Notes under the pieces: model-generated | What the model was told of the DNA's origin: nothing | Seen by the model: only the letters and a program-made list of their open reading frames with translations | Database searches by the model: none | Translations under genes and position numbers: made by a program | DNA from: Octopus vulgaris | Lineage: Eukaryota | DNA length: 64,000 bases | Reading direction: 5' to 3' | Assembly (NCBI GenBank): GCA_951406725.2 | Contig: OX597831.1 | Coordinates: forward strand, 53,878,001-53,942,000 | Shown: positions 12,700 to 24,079 of the stretch, piece by piece | How the letters are laid out: every line of letters begins with the position of its first letter | Numbering within the stretch: the stretch's first letter is position 1

Positions 12700-13580
12700 T
12701 AGTCAGTTCTGCCCAATCTTCTCTAATGAACTTGGACATCATATACACAGGTCAGGTCATGTACAGGACATGCAGATGCAGTATGTTGCAGCATCTACCA
12801 TTTGTTGATATCTACTCAGGTTGTCCTAAGCAACTCTCCAAGCAGTGTCCCAGTGAGTACCCATCTGTAAAATACTTCTTCATCTACTGTGACCATGAGC
12901 CATGTGACCAACTGACCAACATGACCTGTCAACCCAGCTGGATCCTCAGAGAAGGGAACATGGTATGCAAGATCCAACTCTGAAATCAAGCAACATGGCC
13001 AAAAACATTCTAAGCTGATACTCCTGAATAGGAAAAATAACAGGTCACATCCCAGTTTCTGAGTAAAGTCATTGGTTGAATGCAAAATCTGACCAACAGT
13101 AGCCCATAATCCAGTGAAGTGTGAAGCATCCTGGTACCAAAGGAGTTCAGGCAGCCCCTAAGGGCTTTAGACAGCATCCAAGTCTTGCAACAGTAGAACA
13201 AGACAAGGAGGATCAGAGATCTGAAGATCCAAACCTTTGTCTGCTTGCTCTGATATCAGCAGCACCAAACATCCTTGTCCAGTGAGTCCACAGCTGCACC
13301 AGCACACTCAAGTCTTTTTAAAACTTTGGACTTGCAGCTAACACTGCTATAAATCACATTACCAAGATAAATGAAGCAGTCAACAACTTCAACATTCTCA
13401 CCCACAACAAAGACAAAGTGGTGTGCTCCAGGAAGCCAATGAAAGAATGGATCTTTGTCTTCACCAAGAAACTCTAAGGCCAAGTGGTTCCACTTCCTCT
13501 CTTAGTGAAAGGAGAGCACTCCTTAAGACATTCAGAGACTCAGCAAAAATAACCACATCATCAGCAAAATCCAGGTCAGT
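12700..13580 (-). mobile_element. RTE-clade LINE, 5'-truncated RT remnant
   Basis: Minus translation LDFADDVVIFAESL and VEVVDCFIYLGNVIYSS...KRLECAGAA, typical of the RTE RT C-terminal part; frameshifted. Confidence 0.85.
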
Positions 13581-13880
13581 ATGCATGGCTCAGTGGTTAG
13601 AGCATCAGGCTTATAATCATGAGGTAATGAGTTCAATTCCCAGACTTTTTATTTCACATTGCTCCAGTTCACTCAGCTGTAGAAATGTGTTGCAACATCA
13701 CTGGTGCCAAGCAGTATTGGCCTTTGCTCTTGGATAACATTGGTGGCGTGGAGAGGAGAGGCTGGTATGCATGGGTGACTACAGGTCTTCTATAAACAAC
13801 CTTGCCTGGACTTGTGCCTTGGAGGGTAACTTTCTAGGTGCAATCCCATGGTCATTCATGACTGAAGGGAGTCCTTCTAA
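13581..13880 (+). mobile_element. tRNA-derived SINE
   Basis: TGGCTCAGTGGTTAGAGC A box and GAGTTCAATTCCC B box; central TTGCTCCAGTTCACTCAGCTG is shared with 26618-26942. Confidence 0.8.
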
Positions 13881-14085
13881 CCCTAACTGCTCTGGTTACT
13901 GAGAAGCAAACAGAGTGGATGAATTTGTACTCAGTTTAGAATAACCCTAGCAAATACCTTATCAAGCACTGAGAGGAATGTAACAGTAATATAGTTGTTA
14001 CAGTCATAGCAATCACCTTTACCTTTCCAGATTGAGATAATTATGTCCCTTTTCGAGATGGTTATATACACTTTATATACTTTTT

Positions 14086-14465
14086 GGTAAGTAGCTTGCT
14101 TACCAACCACATGGTTCTGGGTTCATTCCCACTGCATGGTACCTTGGGTAAGTGTTTTCTACTATAGCCTTGGGTTGACCAAAGCCTTGTGAGTGGATTT
14201 GGTAGACGGAAACTGAAAGAAGCCTGTCATATATATGTATGTGTGTGTATATGTTTGTGTGTCTGTGTTTGTCCCCCCAACATCACTTGAAAACCGATGC
14301 TGGTGTGTGGTAACGTCCCCATAATTTAGCAGTCCAGCAAAAGAGACTGATAGAATAAGCACTAGGCTTCGAAAGAATAAGTCCTGGGGTTAATTTGCTC
14401 GACCAAAGGCAGCGCTCCAGCATGGCCGCAGTCAAATGACTGAAACAAGTAAAAGTAAAAATAAA
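14086..14465 (+). mobile_element. Major SINE family copy
   Basis: Near-identical to 34313-34894. Confidence 0.9.
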
Positions 14466-15289
14466 AAGTAAGTATAATAATGATAAGATGGTCACAGTTA
14501 GGAGTGTTAGTCAAATCTTGTTGAATCAAAAACCTACACCTCATTGATATGTTCAAGCTGAATCAGCTGAGTCTAATAAACAACAAAACACAATAATGAC
14601 ACCTGTTCATAGATGCTGCCAATATACCTTTCATCCTTTACTTATTTCACTTGTTAGACAGTGGTCATGCTGGGGCATGGTCTTGAAGGGTTTAGTCAAA
14701 CAACTTGCTCCCAGAGACTTATTCTATCAGTCTCTTTTGCTAAACTGCTAAATTACAGGGACATAAAACAGTGGTGGAAGACAATCACAAACACATATAT
14801 ATATATATGTAAATATCATCATCATCATAAAAATAATCTTTGATGTCCGTTTTCCATTTTGGTATGGGTTGGACAGTTTGACAGCAGCAGGCCAGCCAGA
14901 GGGCTGCTTAGGCTCCTATTGTCTGTTTTGACAAGGTTTCTATGGTTGGATGCCCTTCCTAATGCCAACCACTTTACAGAGTGTATTGGATGCTTCTTAT
15001 ATGGCACCAGCATGGGTGCTCGGTATGGGGCACCAGAATGGACATTGATACAGGTGCTTTGATGTGGCACCAGCACTGGTGCTTCTATGTGACACAGGCA
15101 CAAGTGCTTTTATGCAACACTGGTGGGGATGCTTTTTGCAGGGCACTGGCATGGGTGCCTTTTATGTGGCACCAGCTCCCATGAGCTCACAAGACAAGGA
15201 CCTTTTGGCTGGGAGAGGGAGTGAAGGGAATGGCCATAAGGATATGTCTGTATGTATGGATGGCCATGATATATTTAGCATGATGTGTC

Positions 15290-15610
15290 TTCTCAAGCAC
15301 AGCAAATCATCAGAAGTTTTGGTCCTTTGGCATCTCTGTGAGGCCCAACATCTGAAGACCTTTTCTCACCACTTCATCCCATGCCTTCCTGGATCTACCC
15401 CTTCCACAGGTTCCCTCCACAATTAGAGATGGACACTTCTTTACACAGCAGTCCTCACCCATATGCATCACATGACCATACCAGCACAGTCTTCGCTCTT
15501 GTATACAACATCTGTCTGATGCTTCTTATACCCAATTTTTCTCTTTAATCAATTACACTCTGTCATACATGCACACTGACATTACCCATCCAGCAGAGCA
15601 TGCTGGCTTC
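15290..15610 (-). mobile_element. RTE LINE 3' ORF remnant
   Basis: Minus translation ERRLCWYGHVMHM...GRGRSRKAWDEVV matches the RTE RLRWxGHV..RGRPxKxW motif. Confidence 0.8.
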
Positions 15611-16550
15611 ATGTAACTTCCCTGTAACTTAGCAGTTCAGCAAAAAGAGATGATAGAATAAGTACTGGCAGTCAACTTGTTTGACTAAACCCTTCAAGCC
15701 ATTCAAGCCAGTGCCTCAGCATAGCTGCAGTCCAACAAATGAAACAAGCTGAAGATAAAAAAGATGTCTTTTTAAAATCCTGTATCAGGCATAATTTGCT
15801 ATCTTATGCCAATTTTGTCATTTTTGTGTAAAATCCCATTGGTTATTGTGTTAGTGTAGCAGAAGAGCTAGAAGAACAACAATATAAATACAATCTGATA
15901 TGCTTCATATTTACACTGATCTTTTCCAGAAAGAGAGTAGTAATAAAGAAGAAATTTTTTTATCTAACACATAAGCAACAAACACTCATTGATCCCAACC
16001 TTTTGTAGTCTATGACAGACAAATCTTCACTATTCTTAATGAATAGTCTTCTCTCATTTCAGAAATATCTAATGGTTATGTCACTGATAACAAATGCCTT
16101 TGCTTTGATTTCTATCAAAATCAGAAATATATATTCAGAATACTAAATTTTATGCTACAATCAAAACCAAAAAGATAAAAAGAAGGGATGATTCCTTTGT
16201 ACAAAAAAGTAGGTGATGTTCCAAAGGCATGCATTTTAAATGAGAATATTGTATATTTTTAAGAATGTACAATAAGATAAACATACACACACACATAACA
16301 CAGAATTGCACCATCCTCTATCTTACATGAATGCCTTCTAATCAAGTTATGTTACAAATATCATAAGTGACCTTTCCTTATCCTCATAAATCTGCAATAG
16401 CCTAAAAGAAAAAAATCTTGAGCAGCTTCTGACTTCAAACAGCAATGAAATACTGCTCTGATCTCTTTCTCTCTCTTTATGTATCTCTTTATATACCTAT
16501 CTGTTTCTCTGCATATATCTATATATATATATATATAAAGAGAGAGAGAT

Positions 16551-16616
<66 letters not shown>

Positions 16617-16815
16617 TATATATCATATATATTCTTTTTCTTTTAGTTCTTTCAGTCAAACAAATCGATCCTAGGTCTTAGTCTTTGTAAGCCTAGTACT
16701 TATTCTATCAGTCTCTTTAGTCAAACCGCTCAGTTACCAGGACATATACACACCAACATCAGTTGTCAAGCAATTTTGTGGGGTCCAACACAGACACAAA
16801 CAAACATGTACATAG

Positions 16816-17082
<267 letters not shown>

Positions 17083-17364
17083 TATATATATGTACTATAT
17101 ATAGATGTAGTTTTCACTTGTTAACAATTAACACGGAAAAAATAGGTAAACAGTTATCAGGGTAGCATTCAGTTAATTACTACACATATCCATCATATTC
17201 TGTTAAAATGTCTTATTGACGAGTTTCATTTCTTCATTTCCCTGAAAAGAAGATTACATTGTTTTACACCATTTTATTCTTTTGGAATGATACCAATGAT
17301 TTCTTTGAAACATATGTCGGAAGTAAAGAATTTGAATAACACCTGCGTTTAACTCCATTTAACT

Positions 17365-17451
<87 letters not shown>

Positions 17452-17454
<3 letters not shown>

Positions 17455-18062
17455 TCATCATCATCATTTAACGTCCGCATTCCATGCTAGCATGGGTTGA
17501 CGGTTCAACTGGGGTCTGGGGAGCCCGAAGGCTGCACCAGTCCAGTCAGATCTGGCAGTGTTTCTACAGCTGGATGCCCTTCCTAACGCCAACCACTCCG
17601 AGAGTGTAGTGGGTGATTTTATGTGCCACCGACACAGGTGCCAGACGAGGCTGGCAGACGGCCATGCTCGGATGGTGTTTTTATGTGCCACCGACACAGG
17701 TGCCAGATAAGGCTGGCAAATGGCCACGATCGGATGGTGTTTGTTACGTGCCCACAGCACGGAGGCCAGTCGATGCGGTACTGGCTACGGCCACGTTCGG
17801 ATGGTTTTCTTGTGTGCCACCGGCACTGGTACCACAAAGATACAAATTCCATTGATGTTCATCTATTTTGATTTGTTTTGATTTTCACTTGCCTCAACAG
17901 GTCTTCACAAGTGTCACAAGAAGGAAGGTATGCACAGGTGGACTGACTACGTCCCAGGTAGGGGCCACGGGTTATGGCCTGACTAGTCTTGCCGGGTCTT
18001 CGGATGGTGTTTTTATGTGCCACCGACATAGGTGCCAGATGAGGCTGGCGAACGGCCACGAT

Positions 18063-18065
<3 letters not shown>
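17452..18065 (-). mobile_element. Young (GAT)n-tailed retroposon with internal ~62-bp tandem units
   Basis: CpG-retaining; repeated ATGTGCCACCGACACAGGTGCCAGA...CGGATGGTGT; contains GGATGCCCTTCC. Confidence 0.75.
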
Positions 18066-18121
<56 letters not shown>

Positions 18122-18412
18122 TATATATATTCATATATATATATATACACACATATATATCATTATCATCATCGTTTAATGTTCGCTCTCCATGCTCGCA
18201 TGGGTTGGAAAATTTGACTGAGGCTTCAATCTGATCAGGTAAAGTTTCTACAGCTAGATGCCCTTCCTAATGCCAACCACTCCGAGAGTGTAATGATTGC
18301 TTTTATGTGCCACAGTCCAGTGGTTCTGGCAACAACCACACTCAAAATGTGTTTTTTACGTGCTACCTGCAAGGGAGCCAGTCCTGTGGCATTGGCAATG
18401 ACCACACTCAAA

Positions 18413-18470
<58 letters not shown>

Positions 18471-18678
18471 TGTTTGTCTGTGTTTGTCCCTCCACTCTTG
18501 CTTGACAACTGATGTTGGTGTGTTTATGTCCCCATAATTCAGCTATTTGGCAAAAGAGACTGATAGAATAAGTACTAGGCTTACAAAGAGTAAATCTTGG
18601 GGTTGATTTGTTGTTTGACTAAAAGCAATGATCCAGTATGGCTGCAGTCAAATGACTGAAACAAATAGAAGAATAGAA

Positions 18679-18721
<43 letters not shown>

Positions 18722-19659
18722 CGCGCGCATGTGTGTGTGTGTGTGTATATGTATGTTGTGTGAGTGGTTCATGCCTTATCATTAATATTCTTAACTCCGT
18801 TTGAGAAAAAACACCATTCAACTAATTGGCCAACCTTATCTCATTGAAACTCTTAAATTCTATTACTGAGGGTTACATCATTTTCCTGTGTCTTGCTTGG
18901 TATCACTGTTTGCATCATAACTCATGTTAGATTGAGGTCTGAATTTATTATCTGAAAATATCAGAAATACAATATAATTTGTACGAATGGAAAAGCTGCG
19001 TCTTCTTAAGAGATTTACTATAATTTTCTTTTTCAATGAAGATAAATAGCTAAACCAATATCAGAGTGAAAAAGAAAAAAAAATAATAAACAAGTCAAAA
19101 CAACCTCAAGAATAATCAACAACAAGCAGAAAATAACTGTTTCCTCTGGCTTTAATCACCAGAATTGAGATACGAGTTTCAAGAAATTTTTGCAGTGGTC
19201 ATTTTCAAAAGCTAGCTACAATGGCTGTTTGTGTATTTGTTTTTAAGGCATATGCTGGACAGTTTTCATGAAAGAACACTAATGCACTAACCAATGAATG
19301 AATAAGTAGTCATTTCTTCAGCGAACAAGATTATACAAATTAGTTTACAGCATAGAGTCTCATAGTTTCCTCTGGAGCAAACATGTATTCACTTATTGAA
19401 CATATTCACAGATCTCATACAACCATGATTGCTTTGCCTTTCAAACAGTCTCCTATCGGAGAGGGATACTTTTTTAATGTTAAGAGTCTTAACGAAGATG
19501 GTTGGTTATGTCAGATATATTGCTTATAGATAGAAAGCCTTTTTTATAAGGTCCAACAGCAGTCAAAAAAGTGTTGGAAATAATTAACTGACGATACACA
19601 ATTACTTGTGTAGTGATGACAATGATGATTATGATGATGATGATGATGATGATGATAAA

Positions 19660-19883
19660 CCTTTCTGTTATAGGCACAAGGCCTGAAATTTTGGCAGAAG
19701 GGGCTAGTAAATTTAATCAAACCCAGTACTTGACTGGTACCTATTTTTTCAACCCTATGAAAAGTAAAGTCAAACTCAACAGAATTTGAACTCAAGAAAT
19801 GCTGCTAAATATTTTATCCAGCATGCTAAGGATTCTCCCAGCTTACTGCCTGAATAATAATAACAATAATAATAATAATAATA

Positions 19884-19933
<50 letters not shown>

Positions 19934-21175
19934 TCTTTCTACTATAGGCACAAGGCCTGAAATATGGGGGAAGGGGAAAATTGATTACATTGAGCCCAGT
20001 CCGTAAATGGTACTTATTTAATTGACTCCAAAAGGATGAAAGGCAAAGCTGACCTCAGTGGAAATTGAACTCTGAATATAGTGATGGACAAAATACCACT
20101 AAGTATTTTGCCTGGCATGCTAATGGTTCTACTAGTTCACTGCCTTGATAATAATAATAATGGTTTCAAATTTTGCTACATGTGCAGCAATTTTGAGAGC
20201 GGGGATGAGTTGATTACATCGACCCAAGTGTTCAACTGGTACTTATTTTATTGACTCCGAAAGGATGAAAGGCAAAGTTGACCTCGGCGGAATTTGAACT
20301 CAGAATGTAGTGATGGGCAAAATCCCACTAAGCATTTCGTCCAGTGTGCTAACGATTCTGCCAGCTTGTGCCTTAATAATAATAATAAAAATAATAATAA
20401 TAATAATTCTTTCTACTATAGGCACAAGGCTTGGGATTTGTGGGGAGGGGGATAGTTGATTACATCGACCCAGTACTTGACTGGTTCCTAATTTATCGAC
20501 CCCATAGGATGAAAAGCAGAGTCAACCTCAGCAGAAATAACAATAATAATAATCCTTCCTGTTATAGGCACAAGGCCTGAAATTTGGGGGATGGGGTGGG
20601 GGGAATGGAACTAGTTGATTACGTCAACTCTAATGTTTTACTGGTACTTAATTTATTGACCCCAAAAGGATGAAAGGCAAAGTTGACCTCAGTGGTATTT
20701 GAACTCAGAACCTAAAAACAGACAAAATCCTTATCAGCATTTTGTCTGGCATGCTAATGTTTTTGCCAGCTCACCACTTTAATAATAATAACAATAATAA
20801 TAATATGAACAATCTGATGTGTTTATTTTAATGGCCTACCAATGTATGCAGTGCATTTCTCTGCCCTAGGTGTCAAGAAGGCACTAGGTAAGATATGGAA
20901 ACAGAATTGGAAAAAGATGATAATAAAAATAATATTAATAATCCTTTCTACTAAAGGCACAAGGCCTGAAATTTTGGAGGAGGGGACTAGTCGATTACAT
21001 AGACCCCAGTGTTTCACTGGTACTTAATTTATCGACCCCGAAAGGATGAAAGGCAAAGTCGACCTTAGTGGTCTTTGAGCTCAGAACCTAAAAGACAGAC
21101 AAAATCCTTAACAGCATTTTGTCTGGCATGCTAATGTTTTTACCAGCTTACCACTTTAATGATGATGATGATGTT

Positions 21176-21215
<40 letters not shown>
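19660..21215 (-). mobile_element. Head-to-tail array of ~6 SINEs separated by (TAA)n
   Basis: Repeated AGGCACAAGGCCTGAAAT...GGATGAAAGGCAAAGT.GACCTC...GAACTCAGAA blocks; reverse complement of the 32147-32378 family. Confidence 0.9.
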
Positions 21216-21496
21216 TTAACTAGCAGGGCCTATGGAAATTTCATACTGTAAGTTAGATTATTTGAAAACATTATGTTATCATATTAAACACAAGTAAGGA
21301 ATTTCAAAAAGTTCTTTTGAAACCTTGCCATTTAATCAAAACTCTACTTTCAAATATAATTGAAATGAACTTAGAAGGTATTGCTTATTTTCCTTCTTTT
21401 AATATGTTTGACAGATATAATGTGCTTTATGGTTTAAGGAAATAAATGAATTAAAAATAAAACTTATTCATGTGTGTGTGTGTGTGTATGTGTGTA

Positions 21497-21534
<38 letters not shown>

Positions 21535-21658
21535 CACATGTATATATATAATAATATGTATATAACATATATGTTTGTATGTATATGTGCATGTGTGTGT
21601 GCATGTATATGTATATATATATAATATATATACATATATATTTGCATGTATATATGTA

Positions 21659-21690
<32 letters not shown>

Positions 21691-22044
21691 AACTACACCT
21701 GTCCAACTAGCGCTAAGGCTCAGTCAAAGTTAATTACAAACTGAGATTATTTTTGTTTTTCATTTCAGTTCATTATTTCAGCTATACATCTACTTGAATA
21801 TCAATTAATATAACTACCTATTTGCATATCTGTAGATTCATCTATGTACCAATCTATCTATCTAGCTAGCTAATTGGCTATCATAGCTACATTCCTTTCT
21901 CGGTAGAGAAAAAGGAGGCATTAGGAGGAAGGCAGTGGATTGTGGGATGCTATGAATTTATTATATTATTATAGTATTGTATACAAATGTCAAATGATTC
22001 ATAGTATATATAAATTAGTAAAATATTAAATATTTACTTCGCTT

Positions 22045-22305
22045 CACTGGCACCTGTGCCGGTGGTACGTGTAAAAAGATTCGAGCGAGGTCATTGCCAG
22101 TACTGCCTGACCGGCTCCCGTGCCGGTGGCACGTAAAAAGCACCCACTACACTCTCGGAGTGGTTGGCATTAGGAAGGGCATCCAGCTGTAGAAACTCTG
22201 CCAGATCAAGATTGGAGCCTGGTGCAGCCATCTGGCTCGCCAGCCCTCAGTCAAAATCGTCCAACCCATGCTAGCATGGAAAGCGGATGTTAAACGATGA
22301 TGATG
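22045..22305 (+). mobile_element. Young SINE 3' module ending in (GAT)n
   Basis: GTGGTTGGCATTAGGAAGGGCATCCAGCTGTAGAAAC...CGATGATGATG; many relatives in the window. Confidence 0.8.
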
Positions 22306-22597
22306 ACAAAAAAATAGGGGTGGAGTGCTGAGGGTATTATGTGGTCATGGAGGGGGCTGCAGTGGCTCAAAATGTTTGAGAACCCCTGGTGTAAAAGATA
22401 AAAGTCTAACATCCACAACTATTAGCTAACTGAGGTCATTTCACTTAAATTTAAATATCTATTGATATATCTTTTAATGCATAAATTTATAAATCTTGAT
22501 GACAGTGTTTCACTAAGACACTTCTATATTTAAGAGATGAGGAATTATGTACATTATTTACATTTGACGGATATTTGTCCTCATCTTGTTTGTTGTT

Positions 22598-22642
22598 AAC
22601 ACAACGTTTCGGTTGATATACCCTCCAGCCTTCTTCAGGCTT
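22598..22642 (-). ncRNA. Minimal hammerhead ribozyme motif in inverted pLTR
   Basis: Minus strand CTGAAGA-A-GGCTG..CAACC-GAAACGTTGTGTT. Confidence 0.55.
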
Positions 22643-23245
22643 CTTGGGGAAATTTCAAACCTGTGTTCTCATTCCTAAAGTATTTTTTGATGTTATTATT
22701 ATTATTATATTGTTATTGTTCAGGTAACAGGTGAAGCACTATCAGTGATACCAGAAAAACTAGTGACAGACACCCATCTAAAAGAACACACTAGTACACT
22801 AATAAGAAACTTGATGGAAATGTTGACCTTCTGTATAGAAACTACCTACTTCAGTATGGACACTGATATATATCAACGAGAGGAGGGTTTAGCAATGGGT
22901 TTGCCATTATCACCGGTAATAGCCAATATATACATGGAATACTTTGAGAATTTGGCTTTAGGATCAACACCACTAAAACCAACACTATGGCTATGATATG
23001 TTCATGACACCTTTATACTCTAACCCCACCAGGGAGATGTCCAAGTGCCGTTAGATAGAATGTAGCGACGGGCAAAATACCACTAAACATGCCCACGGGT
23101 GTATGTTAAGAGCGTAGTGGTTAAGAGCGCGGGCTACTAACCCCAAGATTCCGAGTTCAATTCCAAGCATTGACCTTAATAATAACAATAATAACAACAT
23201 AAAAAAAAACCTTAGGAATGAGAACCCAGGTTCAAAATTTCCCTA

Positions 23246-23292
23246 AGACACCTGATGAAGGCTGGAGAGTGTATCAGCCGAAACATGTTAAC
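23246..23292 (+). ncRNA. Minimal hammerhead ribozyme motif in Penelope pLTR
   Basis: CTGATGA-A-[GGCTG..CAGCC stem II]-GAAAC with palindromic AACATGTT stem III. Confidence 0.65.
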
Positions 23293-23489
23293 AGCAAACA
23301 AGATGAGGATAGATATCTGTTAAATGTAAATAATGTACATAATTCCTCATCTCTTAAATATAGAACTGTATTTCATCCAGCATGCTAATGATTCTGCCAG
23401 CTCACTGCCGCCACCGCCGTCGTCGTCGTTGTCATCGTCATCATCATCATCATCCTTCTTCTTCTTATCATGATGATGATGATGATGAT

Positions 23490-23567
23490 GAAGAAGAAGA
23501 AGAAGAAGAAGAAGAAGAAGAAGAAGAAGAAGAAGAAGAAGAAGAAGAAGAAGAAGAAGAAGAAGAA
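23490..23567. repeat. (GAA)n trinucleotide tract preceded by (GAT)n/(CAT)n
   Basis: Direct reading; source of the poly-E and poly-F ORFs. Confidence 0.95.
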
Positions 23568-24079
23568 TCCTTTCTTATTTTGGCAGAAGGCTTGCAATTT
23601 TGAGGGGTGGGAAGTTGATTACACTGACCCCAGTGCTTGACTGGTAGTCAATTTACTAAGGATGAAAGGTAAAGTTGATCACAGCTGAATTTGAACTCAG
23701 CACGTAAAGTGTTGGAAAAAATGCTGCTAAGCATTTTGTCCGCTACAGTAATGATTTGACCAGCTTATATTAATGATTATAATATTGATTATAATGATTA
23801 TAATATTGACAAGAACATTGTCACTGTGAACTTTCTTTCCTTTTTTCCCTTTATTTTCTTTGTTTACTTTTTTTTCCATTCTTTTCTATTTTCCTTTTTC
23901 TTTGTCTTTCTTCCTCTTTTTCTCTATCACATGATTTTGTAAATGAACAATCTAGTGTCTTTATTTTAATGGCCTGCCAATGTATACAGTGAGTTTTTCT
24001 GGCCTAGGTGTCAGGAAGACACTCAGCAAGAAATGGAAACAAGATTGAAAAGATGATAATGATGATGATGATGACAACA

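Larger units (their letters stand above)
22518..23369 (+). mobile_element. Penelope-like element: inverted pLTR + RT fragment + pLTR
   Basis: RT fragment YQREEGLAMGLPLSPVIANIYMEYFE...WL*YVHDTF matches Penelope GxAMGSPLSP/YVDD. 22518-22715 is an inverted copy of ~23175-23369. Confidence 0.9.

Noticed and set aside
13581-13645. tRNA-like sequences (also 1640-1710, 23110-23175, 26870-26942)
   Set aside because: Retroposon heads: acceptor stems do not close and they continue into repeat bodies.
17617-18060. Regularly spaced repeats resembling a CRISPR array
   Set aside because: Eukaryotic context, no unique spacers, no cas genes; internal tandem units of a retroposon.
23382-23603. Poly-Glu / poly-Phe ORFs
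   Set aside because: (GAA)n microsatellite between SINE fragments.
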